DNA from: Brevinematales bacterium
GTDB taxonomy: Bacteria > Spirochaetota > Brevinematia > Brevinematales > JAOACQ01
DNA: 64,000 nt
Direction of reading: 5' to 3'
Assembly (NCBI GenBank): GCA_020052515.1
Contig: JAGVOW010000027.1
Coordinates: 199-64,198, forward strand
Part shown: positions 28,773 through 38,822 of the stretch, one piece after another
Layout of the letters: the number at the start of each line of letters is the position of its first letter
How positions within the stretch are numbered: position 1 is the stretch's first letter
Made by a program: the position numbers and the translations under genes
Notes under the pieces: generated by a model
What the model was told of the DNA's origin: nothing
Database searches by the model: none
What the model saw: only the letters and a program-made list of their open reading frames with translations

Positions 28773-30653
28773 TTAATAAGGTTCTTCCGTTTCTATGAAA
28801 TCTTCTTCCTCATCCGACGGCATATCAATTTTCAAATATAGCGGACGCTCCAGTAATACGTTTGATCCGCCCAATTCCCCATCTCGAGTCAAAAAATAGA
28901 GCGCCGATGAGACATAATACGCGTTCATGAAAATCTCAATCACTTTTTGATTGTGAGAAAATTTCTTGCCGCCGACCCGAGTATCAAAATTAAGTATCTC
29001 CTCAGGGTTTTGAATAATTCTTTTTTGATTTTCATAATCTTCCACAATAATTTTAAATTGCTTGGCAAACTTATCTATTAAAAGGCTGGTTTGATTACGA
29101 ATATTTAATGAAATCTGAGTTCTCTGCTGATTAAGCTGTTGGACTTTAACAAATTGTTCTCTTATCTGAAGATAGGTGTTTGTATTTACCCTGCGAAGTT
29201 CAGACACAATCCTCGCGTATTCATTTAAACTTTTATAAATATTATCAATGTAAAAATAAAGATCCTTTAAATTGCTTCGATAATCCCATCTCTGCCCCCG
29301 GTCAGAGAAGATATTGAACTGAACTCCGCTGGAAATAAACACAAAAGAAAACTCTTTATCAAAAAACTCGAGCAAAGTCAATGTAATAAAAACCTTGTCT
29401 TTTATAGTCAGGCTAACCCTGGGGTCTTTGATCTCCGTATAAAAATCTAATATTTCCTTGAAATTGACATTCTTTCGAAAAACCCTCAAGCCATTTTGAA
29501 TCGGCTCCGGAAGGCTGAACAAATCCTCTTCTATGGCTTCTTCAGACATCTGCTGAGGGCCATTTTCAGCGTTTTCCCGCGATTCTTCCAGCAGTTTTTT
29601 CTCTTTTTCTTCCTGGGTTCTTTTTTGTTTTTCTTTTTCATCTTCTTCTTCCCTCATTTTAGTGAGGTACCCCAGGCTATCTTGTTCTGTAAAGCGGATA
29701 AAATCCTTAAATGAAGTTTTTCGCACATTAGCAATTTCATCCTTATGATAAAAATCAATCAAGTTTAAAAGTTTTGGAAAATAATTGTAAAATAAAAAAC
29801 GATAAAATTTATTTAATTTCTTTAAATTTGAGTTCACAATCAGGTCATTAAAATTTCTGACTATTTTTTCATAAGTCAGTGCTTTCTCAAAGGCATTGTA
29901 AAGAGATGGATGAAAACGGTTCAATATTAAAATTTTCTTAAAAAGTTTCAAGAAAGTTTCTTTCCCGCTTTTTATCGGATCATCCGATTTTCTCAACTCT
30001 TTAATAAAAATAAAAATGTTTTCATCGTAAATGCTGTCAAACCTTTCGAGAAGCTCATAATAATATGGAAGCCCCGCTTCCTTCAACATTTTCCTGAGCT
30101 CTTTTGAAAACTCTTTCTCCTGATAAAGGATCGAAACTAAGATTTGCTTTGAATCAATCAATCCGTTCTGAAACTCATAAATATTTAAGTCTAGAAATGA
30201 ACGCTTAAATTTATTGCCCCAGAAATTAAAAATTCCGTATATTATACATACCCACTTAGCGGCAAGCCTGCTAAAATATTCCTGAGCCGGATGAGGTTTC
30301 TTCGGCTGAGATAAAAAATCAAAAAGATTTTTACCAAGGGGATCTGCCGGGGATTTTTGCTCATCCTTTTTTGTATAAATTGAGTTTTTCAATCTTTCTT
30401 TTTCTGTTAAAGCGCTGCGGTGTTCTCTCTCATCTTGAAGAAGCTTCTGTTCCAATGCCCTTTCTCTGTCTTTATCGGTCTCTTTAGTCTCAAGCCATTT
30501 CTCCAATTTTTGGTTCAATTTATTATTAGGATCAGGCGCAATCTGAACGATTTTTCCACCTACATTGACAAAATCCTTGTAAAGCTCCCGTTGTTCATCA
30601 AATTCCATACGGCTAATTCCGAGCTGCGCCTTTTTTTCCTCTAAAGTCCCCAT
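28773..30653 (-). CDS. Hypothetical cytoplasmic protein
   Basis: 626-aa ORF with GAGGT RBS. Confidence 0.7.
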   Translation of the reverse strand: MGTLEEKKAQLGISRMEFDEQRELYKDFVNVGGKIVQIAPDPNNKLNQKLEKWLETKETDKDRERALEQKLLQDEREHRSALTEKERLKNSIYTKKDEQKSPADPLGKNLFDFLSQPKKPHPAQEYFSRLAAKWVCIIYGIFNFWGNKFKRSFLDLNIYEFQNGLIDSKQILVSILYQEKEFSKELRKMLKEAGLPYYYELLERFDSIYDENIFIFIKELRKSDDPIKSGKETFLKLFKKILILNRFHPSLYNAFEKALTYEKIVRNFNDLIVNSNLKKLNKFYRFLFYNYFPKLLNLIDFYHKDEIANVRKTSFKDFIRFTEQDSLGYLTKMREEEDEKEKQKRTQEEKEKKLLEESRENAENGPQQMSEEAIEEDLFSLPEPIQNGLRVFRKNVNFKEILDFYTEIKDPRVSLTIKDKVFITLTLLEFFDKEFSFVFISSGVQFNIFSDRGQRWDYRSNLKDLYFYIDNIYKSLNEYARIVSELRRVNTNTYLQIREQFVKVQQLNQQRTQISLNIRNQTSLLIDKFAKQFKIIVEDYENQKRIIQNPEEILNFDTRVGGKKFSHNQKVIEIFMNAYYVSSALYFLTRDGELGGSNVLLERPLYLKIDMPSDEEEDFIETEEPY

Positions 30654-30838
30654 TAAACCTCACCTTTATAACAACTTTACTTCTAAGCGACATGATTATA
30701 AAACCATATTTTATTTTTTGCACGTGATTTATCGTAGTTATTTTTACTTTTTCTATAAAATAAAAGTTTTTCTATTGACTTTTACTGACTTTCCTCTAAC
30801 ATAATAGGATCGTAAAATACCTAAAAGGAGCGTGAAAT

Positions 30839-31582
30839 ATGAAGAAAAAGTTTTCTTTCCTTGCCTTAGGATTGTTCTGTTTGATTTCTGCTTCATCACT
30901 TTTTGGAGTGTCAGCAGAAGGTTTAGGCGCCTTATTAAGCCCGAATATGCCTGTTGAATCTATTCCAAAGGATTTGAAATTACCAGACGCTGTTTTGCCC
31001 ATTTTAAAAAATGAATTCAACAATTCCATTGGCAAACAGGCAAGTTTTGATATCCAGTTTAAAATTGTCATGCTGACTACACTCATCACTAATCTGCCAT
31101 CTGAAAAATACAGTTTTTTAGAAGAAGTAGTGATGTGGGAAGTAAAAAGCTATATCAAGACAGCCCAGAAAATAACGGCTATCTCTCCTGACGCTAGAGT
31201 GCTCGCTATCAAAGCAATGTCAGATAGTTCCAATTCGAATTTTGTACCGACTATGCTGGCAGTTATCGAAAGGGATACCACTTTGAAGCCCAGAATTATG
31301 GCTGCTAAAATTCTTCCGGCGCTGGGCAATAACAATCTCATAGTGCCCAAATTGGTTGATCTTCTGAAAAATCAGTATGGGTCCAGCCGGGCAAAGTTTA
31401 ATGAAGAAAACCAACAGCGCTTTGATGATGATAGAGTAGCGCAGGCCATTATAGAGACATTGGGAGAGCTCGGAGACCCTCGCGCTTTCTCGGTTCTGCT
31501 TCAGGCGGTTATGAATCCTGAAATGCACCGGGACGATACAGTCAAAGCCGGCTGGGAAGCTATTAAAAAGATTAAGTGGTAA
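30839..31582 (+). CDS. Exported HEAT-repeat protein
   Basis: Signal peptide; IIETLGELGDPRAFSVLL. Confidence 0.75.
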   Translation: MKKKFSFLALGLFCLISASSLFGVSAEGLGALLSPNMPVESIPKDLKLPDAVLPILKNEFNNSIGKQASFDIQFKIVMLTTLITNLPSEKYSFLEEVVMWEVKSYIKTAQKITAISPDARVLAIKAMSDSSNSNFVPTMLAVIERDTTLKPRIMAAKILPALGNNNLIVPKLVDLLKNQYGSSRAKFNEENQQRFDDDRVAQAIIETLGELGDPRAFSVLLQAVMNPEMHRDDTVKAGWEAIKKIKW

Positions 31583-31587
31583 AGAAA

Positions 31588-32046
31588 ATGAAGTTTTTTG
31601 TAATATTATTTACCCTCTTTTTTTTCAGTCAACCTTTTTTTGCGGATAACACTGTCGGGAAAGTAGCTGAAAATGAAAGTACGGATTTGAAAGGTGTTTA
31701 TGGGGCTGATGATTTGGAAAAAGCTTACCGTGTGCTGATTAGAACCGGAAATTATGAAGAAAAGAAAAAGGCCCTGATTTACTTCAAGAAAAATTATCAA
31801 AGCGAACGTGTGGTCGCGATGATCGTAGATCTTATCTCTTACTATTATGATGATCCGCTGTTTAAAGAGAATAATCAAATTATGTATTACGATGACGTAG
31901 TAGCGGAAGAACTGGTAAAATTACTCGGGAAAAACGGCAATTACCGTGGATTTCCGGCCTTACTCAAAGTGGTGCTTTATTCTGACAGGCATAGGGAAAC
32001 TACAGTAAAAGAATCGTGGAATGCTATAAAATCTCTAAAGTGGTAA
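31588..32046 (+). CDS. Exported protein, paralog of the C-terminal half of 30839..31582
   Basis: DD.VA...LG..G..R.F..LL..V....HR..TVK..W.AIK..KW shared with the upstream gene. Confidence 0.75.
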   Translation: MKFFVILFTLFFFSQPFFADNTVGKVAENESTDLKGVYGADDLEKAYRVLIRTGNYEEKKKALIYFKKNYQSERVVAMIVDLISYYYDDPLFKENNQIMYYDDVVAEELVKLLGKNGNYRGFPALLKVVLYSDRHRETTVKESWNAIKSLKW

Positions 32047-32079
32047 TGAGCCACTTAAATTTTATTACGGAGGCTGTAT

Positions 32080-32520
32080 ATGAAAAGGATTTTAATAGGC
32101 AGTATTTGCGGGCTGGTAATATTCTTTTTTCTTAATTCTTGTGGAGAAACGAAGGTTGTTAAACAAGACAATAGTGTGGGAAAGCAGGAACAAAAGCAAA
32201 CATATGACAGAATGAATGACACGGCTTTCAGCAATGTAATGGCGGTATTGAGGGAAGCCCTGGAAGACGAAAAACAGGCAAGCGATTCCAGCACAAAACT
32301 AAAAACCGCAAAAGCCTATATTTTAGTAATCAAATTTATTCGTACTGACAGAGACAAGGTCCAGAGAACCGGAATGACAGAAACAGATATTAACTTTCTG
32401 GTAAGCGATGCTAAAGAAAAGGCTCAAAACCGGCTCAAAGAGATTATGACCAGCCAAACTTCCCCTCAGTCGATCAAAGATGAAGCCAATGCCAAGTCTA
32501 AAGAGTTGGAAACACTTTAA
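32080..32520 (+). CDS. Helical lipoprotein
   Basis: GGAGG RBS, lipobox LNSC. Confidence 0.75.
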   Translation: MKRILIGSICGLVIFFFLNSCGETKVVKQDNSVGKQEQKQTYDRMNDTAFSNVMAVLREALEDEKQASDSSTKLKTAKAYILVIKFIRTDRDKVQRTGMTETDINFLVSDAKEKAQNRLKEIMTSQTSPQSIKDEANAKSKELETL

Positions 32521-32527
32521 TTTATTA

Positions 32528-32560
32528 TTAAGAGAGACGCATTTACTGCGTCTCTCTTAA
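32528..32560. terminator. Hairpin between convergent genes (likely bidirectional terminator)
   Basis: TTAAGAGAGACGCA-tttac-TGCGTCTCTCTTAA. Confidence 0.75.
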
Positions 32561-32584
32561 ATTAATTGTGCGAAATTCGGTGCG

Positions 32585-33307
32585 TTAGTGTGCGTCTATT
32601 GAAGCTAATTTCGCAAAATTGCAAAACACCTTTAAAAAACATTCGTTACATAAGGGACGGCTTTTACAGATTTTTTTTCCAAATTCTACGATCAGAGCAT
32701 GGTATTCCTGAAAAAGGCGTTTATCTAACTTTAAGTGATCGTGAAAAAAAGTTTGTGCTTCATCGTAAAGAGTGTTCTCATTCAAAAAACCGAGCCGGTA
32801 AAATATCCTTTTCGTATAAGAGTCCACTACAAACAAGGGAAAACCGTAAGCATAAAGCAATACCGAATCAGCCGTTTCTTTCCCTACTCCCCAAATAGAA
32901 AGCAGAAGGTTTCTGGCTTCTTCTAAAGAATAAGATTTTAATTTCATCCATTGATTTTGAAAAATCGAACTCAGAGAATTGACTAATTCTTTTATTTTTT
33001 TCGCCTTCTGGTTGTAGTATCCCGAAGCCCGGATAGTTTCCGAAAGTTCTGAAATAACTATTTCTTTTAAAACTTCTTTCTCTAAAATTTTTTTCTTTTT
33101 TAGCTCTTTTAGGGCTTTCACCACATTGTCCCAGGCTGTGTTTTGAGTAAGTATTGCCCCTACCATAATTTCCAAAATTTCTTCTTCCGTCCTTTCCCTT
33201 TTAGTATATTCCTCCAGATAAAGACATTGTTCATGATCCACAATTGGCCACCAATATTGATACCCATATTCATTTAATAGCATTTCGTAAATTCTATACA
33301 AAGACAT
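32585..33307 (-). CDS. Endonuclease III-related HhH-GPD DNA glycosylase with FeS loop
   Basis: GAILTQNTAW, GVGKETADS, VVDSY, CKSRPLCNEC. Confidence 0.9.
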   Translation of the reverse strand: MSLYRIYEMLLNEYGYQYWWPIVDHEQCLYLEEYTKRERTEEEILEIMVGAILTQNTAWDNVVKALKELKKKKILEKEVLKEIVISELSETIRASGYYNQKAKKIKELVNSLSSIFQNQWMKLKSYSLEEARNLLLSIWGVGKETADSVLLYAYGFPLFVVDSYTKRIFYRLGFLNENTLYDEAQTFFHDHLKLDKRLFQEYHALIVEFGKKICKSRPLCNECFLKVFCNFAKLASIDAH

Positions 33308-33436
33308 AAAATATTTTCTCCTTGAGAATCGATAAAAGTATACCAGATTTTTGATGAAAAAACAAAAAAGAATATTTGCCTTAATAAACGCGATCCGTTA
33401 AAATAGTAAAAAAGAACTACTGTTTTAGAGGATAGA

Positions 33437-35785
33437 ATGCATTTTTCTTCGAGGCCGACGATAGGTATGCTGATAGTAAATCTCCATGGGGATTATTTTA
33501 CTCAGCTCTGGGAAGGAGCGGCGCATGCCGCAGAAGAAAAAGACGTTAATCTCTTCATCCTTCCGGGAGAAGCGCCTTTTTCCCCTTCCGGTTATGATTA
33601 TCAGGCAAATTTCCTTTATGATATGGTTCTTCCTAAAAACATGGACGCATTAATCTTAAATTCAACCAGTTTCTGCAATTACATTACAGAAGACCAATAC
33701 CGGGTTTTTTGGGAAAGGTATTCCTCTATTCCTCTCATCAGCATTGGACTTAGTGATGACGGATTGTATAGTGTTACTGTAGATAACAAAGAAGGTATTA
33801 AAAGCGCTGTCTCTCACTTAATCAAATCACATAAAAGCAAAAAGATCGCTTTTATTCGAGGGCCAGAAAAAAATCCGGAATCCCAGCTAAGATTTGAAGC
33901 GTTTGAAGAAGAAATGAAGATGCAAGGTTTAGCAATAGACCCAGCCCTGGTTGTAAGTGGGAATTTTCTCGAAAATTCCGGTGAGGAAGCGGTTGTGACG
34001 CTTTTAGAAAAAAGGAAATGTTCTTTTGATGCTATTATAGCTTCTAATGATAATATGGCTGTAGGCGCTATGAAGGAACTATCCAAAAGAAATATTAGAA
34101 TACCGGAAGACGTAGCTTTAATAGGTTTTGATAATCTAGTAGGGTCGGAATACATGGTTCCAGCTTTGACAACCATTCGTCAACCTTTATATGAACAGGG
34201 AAAAAAAGCCCTTGAAATAGCGGTTGATATTCTGGAAAGGGGGGAAACACCAAAAGAAATTGTTTTGCCTACTGAATTAGTAATACGAAATTCCTGCGGC
34301 TGTATTTCGAAAACGGAATTGAATTATTCGATGGTTGAAAATGCCTCAGAAAGAGACCCTGAAAATCCAGGTTTAAAGCAAATCAACGAATTTTTGAAGG
34401 AAATAGAAGTGCTTTTCTTGCAAGCAAAAAATCTGGACGATACGTTTAACAATCTATTCTTAAAAAAAATATCACATTTTTTAGAGAAACATTTTACGGC
34501 GGAAAAAAATAGCAATTATTGGATTAACGCGATATTGACCGTTCAGGAAAAAGTAAAAAATAATTTTCAGAAGAAACAAGATGAAACAAAAATAGAGCTC
34601 CTTTTTGAAAAAGCGCGTTCTCTGGCAATAGAAATTACCCAAACTAAAAAATTGATCCAGCAGGAAGAGCGACGCAGTAAAAGTGTTTTGCTTCGGGAAG
34701 TAGAAAGAAATATTTTAGCCAGAGCGGAATCAGATCAATTTTTAGAAGTTGTCCGCAATCATCTTCCCTATTTTAGCATTAAAAGCTGTTATATAGCCTC
34801 CTATCCGGAATCTATACAGCATGCAAAAAATAGTGAATGGAAAGGAAATGAAAATGCAGATTTAGTTTTTGTCTATGAAGAAAAACCTTCCCGAATGGCG
34901 ATTTTAAAATCGGGCGGAATTTTAATAGAATCTCTTTTAAGTAAAGATTTCTTTCCTCAGGATAGAAGGCGGACTATGCTGGCAAGCCCCCTCTATTTCA
35001 AAGAAGAACAACTGGGATTGATCCTTTTTGAGCTGGGAATAAAAGATGGAACAGTCTATGAAACATTGGCTTCTTTGATCAGCAACGCTATGAAGGTTTC
35101 CCGGCTTTTAAAACAGCAGGAAAAACAACAGGAAGAACTGAGAAAAAGCGAAGAAAGATTCCGGGAAATGGCCTTGTTCTTGCCTACTATTATCATTGAA
35201 ACGGACGCTGACCTTCGCATTACTTTTTTAAATCAGGCTGGATTGGAAATTTTTGCATTGACCAAAGATAGCCTGAATAAGCCTCTTTTATTGTTGAATC
35301 TGGTGGATGAGAAGGATAGAGAGCGCCTTCTGCAATACTGTTTTAAACTTTTAAATGAAAAATTGATAGAATTCGCGGAATTCCGCATTGTCAATCAAAA
35401 AGGGGAAAGAATCAGCCTCCTGAGCCGGGCTACACCGATTGAAAGGGGGGGGCAGATCGCCGGCATTCGATGGAGTTCCATTGATATCAAGCCTTTTATG
35501 GGCTCTCTTTTGCTTCCCGGGGAATCTTTCTTCAGAGAATACAATTTCAACGAGAGAGAGAAAGAAATTCTTTTGCTCCTGCTTCAGGGCTATAAAAACA
35601 AAGAAATATCCGAAAAACTTTTTCTGGCTGAAAGCACTGTCAAGGGTTATATCGGCAATATTTACTCGGAATTAGGCGTCAACAATAAAAATGAATTTTT
35701 TGACATCATCCGGGAATACCAGACAACCCGTCTGGGATACGATTCGTTTATTTATTCGCTGGTCAGTAAATTAATCTGTAATTGA
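33437..35785 (+). CDS. LacI-type sugar-binding domain + PAS + LuxR HTH transcriptional regulator
   Basis: ASNDNMA, IPEDVALIGFD, LTTIRQP; SEERFR-PAS; EREKEIL...NKEISEKLFLAESTVK. Confidence 0.85.
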   Translation: MHFSSRPTIGMLIVNLHGDYFTQLWEGAAHAAEEKDVNLFILPGEAPFSPSGYDYQANFLYDMVLPKNMDALILNSTSFCNYITEDQYRVFWERYSSIPLISIGLSDDGLYSVTVDNKEGIKSAVSHLIKSHKSKKIAFIRGPEKNPESQLRFEAFEEEMKMQGLAIDPALVVSGNFLENSGEEAVVTLLEKRKCSFDAIIASNDNMAVGAMKELSKRNIRIPEDVALIGFDNLVGSEYMVPALTTIRQPLYEQGKKALEIAVDILERGETPKEIVLPTELVIRNSCGCISKTELNYSMVENASERDPENPGLKQINEFLKEIEVLFLQAKNLDDTFNNLFLKKISHFLEKHFTAEKNSNYWINAILTVQEKVKNNFQKKQDETKIELLFEKARSLAIEITQTKKLIQQEERRSKSVLLREVERNILARAESDQFLEVVRNHLPYFSIKSCYIASYPESIQHAKNSEWKGNENADLVFVYEEKPSRMAILKSGGILIESLLSKDFFPQDRRRTMLASPLYFKEEQLGLILFELGIKDGTVYETLASLISNAMKVSRLLKQQEKQQEELRKSEERFREMALFLPTIIIETDADLRITFLNQAGLEIFALTKDSLNKPLLLLNLVDEKDRERLLQYCFKLLNEKLIEFAEFRIVNQKGERISLLSRATPIERGGQIAGIRWSSIDIKPFMGSLLLPGESFFREYNFNEREKEILLLLLQGYKNKEISEKLFLAESTVKGYIGNIYSELGVNNKNEFFDIIREYQTTRLGYDSFIYSLVSKLICN

Positions 35786-35873
35786 AGAATGGATACACAA
35801 ATTCTCAAAAATAATCTTGACTTATTTATTAATATATTGTATTATTATAATAATTCAATATAAGGGGTGTGTG

Positions 35874-36248
35874 ATGTTGGAGCATTTATCCAAAGAAGCC
35901 TTTAAGCAAAAGGTGTTTGATTTTGAAAGCAAGAAAGAATGGGAATATTCCGGAGAAGTGCCATGCGTGATTGATTTTTACGCTGATTGGTGCGGGCCAT
36001 GCAAAATGGTAGCTCCGACACTGGATTTGCTGGCGGAAGAATACTCCGGGAAGGTAAATACTGACCAGGAGCAGGAGATCGCGGCCGCGTTTGGTGTAAC
36101 GTCTATCCCATCAATTTTGTTTGTTCCGAAAGAAGGCAAACCACAGATGGCTGTCGGAGCATTATCTAAAAAAAGCTTTGAACAGGCTTTCTGTGATATT
36201 TTTAAGATCCAGACGGAGGCAAGTTATGCGCCCAGTTGCTGTGGTTAA
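35874..36248 (+). CDS. trxA: Thioredoxin with apparent short in-frame deletion
   Basis: DFYADWCGPCKM, SIPSILF. Confidence 0.85.
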   Translation: MLEHLSKEAFKQKVFDFESKKEWEYSGEVPCVIDFYADWCGPCKMVAPTLDLLAEEYSGKVNTDQEQEIAAAFGVTSIPSILFVPKEGKPQMAVGALSKKSFEQAFCDIFKIQTEASYAPSCCG

Positions 36249-36438
36249 TCCCGATCTTTGTGATAAAAGACCAGTGTGTCCCTCCATGCGTTTTTGTCCC
36301 CAAAAAGCGATATCACAGAAAAGCGAGGGAAGGTTTTTCGGGGGTGGTTTATCCATTGTGGATCAATCGAAGTGCACGGGTTGCGGTGTCTGTATGCGTT
36401 ACTGTCCAAGAGGTGCGATTTCCCTGGTTTCAGTGTGA
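36226..36438 (+). CDS. Small 4Fe-4S ferredoxin
   Basis: GGAGG RBS; CDKRPVC...CP and CTGCGVCMRYCP. Confidence 0.85.
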   Translation: MRPVAVVNPDLCDKRPVCPSMRFCPQKAISQKSEGRFFGGGLSIVDQSKCTGCGVCMRYCPRGAISLVSV

Positions 36439-36456
36439 AATAAAAGAGCTTATTTT

Positions 36457-37128
36457 CTATTTTTTCAGAACAGCTTCCATCATTTCAATCAAAAAACGCT
36501 GGTGCTCCATAGATAAGTTTTGATCCGCCAAAAAAATGGATCGGCCAAAATTCTTGTCTTTAAAGTTAAATAATAATTTACTTCCCGTTGAAAGAAAATG
36601 AATTGAAATGCCCAGCGTATTCGAAATGTGCATTAACTTATCCAGATTGGGATAACAATCAAGCTCATACTGGGCAATCAGGACTCGGCTTACTCCTAAT
36701 TGGCCGGCTAACTCTAATTGTGTTAATACCCTATAATTTCTGGCAACTTTTAGGTTTTGATGAAAATCAGCGGATAAATCAAGATCAAGAACATCTTGCT
36801 TTGGCTGTTCGTTCGAATCGGCTTTGCCGCCCAATAACGATTTAATAGCCCCTTTAATATTTTGCCGGCCTTCCGGATTGGAACTTTTATCGAGTTCCAG
36901 AGCCATTCTAAAGATTTTCATATTTCCAGGGTATTGGCATTCGTTTCGGCTTATCAAATAATCCATAGAAACTTCAAAAATAAAACTCATTTTAATTAAT
37001 GTTTTAAACAATGGATTTGATCTGTTCGTCTCATACAAAGCAATAGTGTGCTTATCAATTGACAATTTACTCGCCAGCTCTTCTCGAGTCAAATTATAGT
37101 TATTTCTTAGTTCTCGAAAAAAATTCAT
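36457..37128 (-). CDS. Tandem (double) XRE-family HTH regulator
   Basis: Two HTH_3 units (LTREELASKL..YE; LTQLELAGQLGVSR..YE), each followed by a helical extension. Confidence 0.85.
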   Translation of the reverse strand: MNFFRELRNNYNLTREELASKLSIDKHTIALYETNRSNPLFKTLIKMSFIFEVSMDYLISRNECQYPGNMKIFRMALELDKSSNPEGRQNIKGAIKSLLGGKADSNEQPKQDVLDLDLSADFHQNLKVARNYRVLTQLELAGQLGVSRVLIAQYELDCYPNLDKLMHISNTLGISIHFLSTGSKLLFNFKDKNFGRSIFLADQNLSMEHQRFLIEMMEAVLKK

Positions 37129-37482
37129 TTTTCCTCTTGACAATAACCAAAAAATGTGTTAGTATATTGTATAATGCTTTTACAAAAAAGCTTCGCGCTC
37201 CACCATGTTAGAAAATTAACCCGATGTTGGACCCCCATTTTTCAAAAAAACAGCGCACGCACGCCTATAGTATTCAAAAACCCTGCCAGGTTAAATGAAA
37301 AACAGCATGCGGCGCATATTTAAGGGAACGTCCCCGGATTGCAATATTATAAACGGTCAGACCGTTTTGCGCAATTCGGGGACAATTTTTATTCTCTTAT
37401 CCTCTAAATTCATTTTGGTACCAATGAAACAGTGCTTTCCTTAACTTTCTGAAATGTGTAAACGGATGGGTTTAAATAATTT

Positions 37483-37570
37483 CGGAGAGAGAGGGATTCG
37501 AACCCTCGATACTCTTTAGGAGTATAACACCTTAGCAGGGTGCCCCCTTCGACCACTCGGGCATCTCTCC
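37483..37570 (-). tRNA. tRNA-Ser (GCT)
   Basis: GGAGAGA acceptor, anticodon loop CTGCTAA, long variable arm, GGTTCGAATCC. Confidence 0.95.
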
Positions 37571-37610
37571 TGAAATCGAAGCTATATCTTAAAGGAAAGA
37601 ACCGCATTTG

Positions 37611-38747
37611 TCAAAAAAGCCCTCCATTCCAGAGCAAATCCAGAAAGTCTTTCCAGGGAAGAATTTTGATGCCATCAACAGTTCTTCGCCTTGTTTCCAA
37701 TGAAACAACATAATAACTTTTTATCAATCCTTCTTCTTTCAAGGCCTTCAGCCCAGCTAAGTCCCGTTCAGAGACAACACTTTTCCCCTTGACTTCAATA
37801 GCAATCTGATCTGATAAAATAAAATCAACTTCAAACCCTGATTTTGAACGCCAGTAACAAAGCTCTCCTTTTTGACGATAATCAACAAATGTTTTCAGCT
37901 CATGCGCGATATACGCCTCAAAAGCCTCCCCAAACTCAGGAGATTTTGCTTGAATAACAGAACGGTTTTGCAAATGTCTAACGACACCAGTATCAAAAAA
38001 ATAAATTTTTGACGTTGATAAAGGCTTTCTTTTTATACTTTTCTTCCAGGCGGGAACATCATAAGCTATGAGAGTATCCCTGAGAATGTGGAAATATTCT
38101 TGGACCGTAGAGCTTGGCACTTGAGCGTCATTGGCTATCTTCGCGTAATTTAATATCTGTCCATTGCATGAAGCGGCGACCTGCAAGAACCTGCTGAATG
38201 CCGGAACATTTCGGGTAAGCCCTTCAGCGGCTATTTCTTCTTTCAAATAATCTCCCGCGTACGCTTTTAAGTCTTCATCCGGAGCGTCAGAAAAATAAAT
38301 CGAAGGAATGAGACCATAATTGATAGCTTTTTCTAATGAAAAACGGTCTAAAAGTTCTTGATAAATAAACGGATGCAGGTTTCTTGACCTGGCCCTTCCG
38401 CCAAGAAGATTAACCCCGCCGCGGCAAAGTTTCCTGGCGCTCGATCCTGTCAGAAGAAAATGAACTCCAAAATTTTCTATCATCCTGTGCACTTCATCAA
38501 GGAGGCTCGGAAGCTTTTGAATTTCATCTATAACAATAATTTTTTCGTTTTTTTGATGTTCCTGTTCTAAACGTTTTGGATTCTGATTCAGTTCAAGGTA
38601 AATCTGGCTATCCAATAAATCATAAATTTTGGTGTTTCCAAGTGTTTCTTTTATTAAGCTAGATTTACCTGTTTGCCGCGGCCCAAACAAAAACAGCGAT
38701 TTCTGATTTAAAATCTCAGCTATATCTAATTTTCTCGGAATATACAT
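37611..38747 (-). CDS. AAA_14 ATPase with DUF4143 domain
   Basis: GPRQTGKS, IDEIQK, LTGSS, LGGRA, YFFDTG, EVDFI..AIEVK. Confidence 0.9.
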   Translation of the reverse strand: MYIPRKLDIAEILNQKSLFLFGPRQTGKSSLIKETLGNTKIYDLLDSQIYLELNQNPKRLEQEHQKNEKIIVIDEIQKLPSLLDEVHRMIENFGVHFLLTGSSARKLCRGGVNLLGGRARSRNLHPFIYQELLDRFSLEKAINYGLIPSIYFSDAPDEDLKAYAGDYLKEEIAAEGLTRNVPAFSRFLQVAASCNGQILNYAKIANDAQVPSSTVQEYFHILRDTLIAYDVPAWKKSIKRKPLSTSKIYFFDTGVVRHLQNRSVIQAKSPEFGEAFEAYIAHELKTFVDYRQKGELCYWRSKSGFEVDFILSDQIAIEVKGKSVVSERDLAGLKALKEEGLIKSYYVVSLETRRRTVDGIKILPWKDFLDLLWNGGLF

Positions 38748-38822
38748 TTGATTCTCCAATATGACAATCAACAACTATCCCGGTGATTATCATAACAATC
38801 AACAAATCGCTTGTCAAATTTA

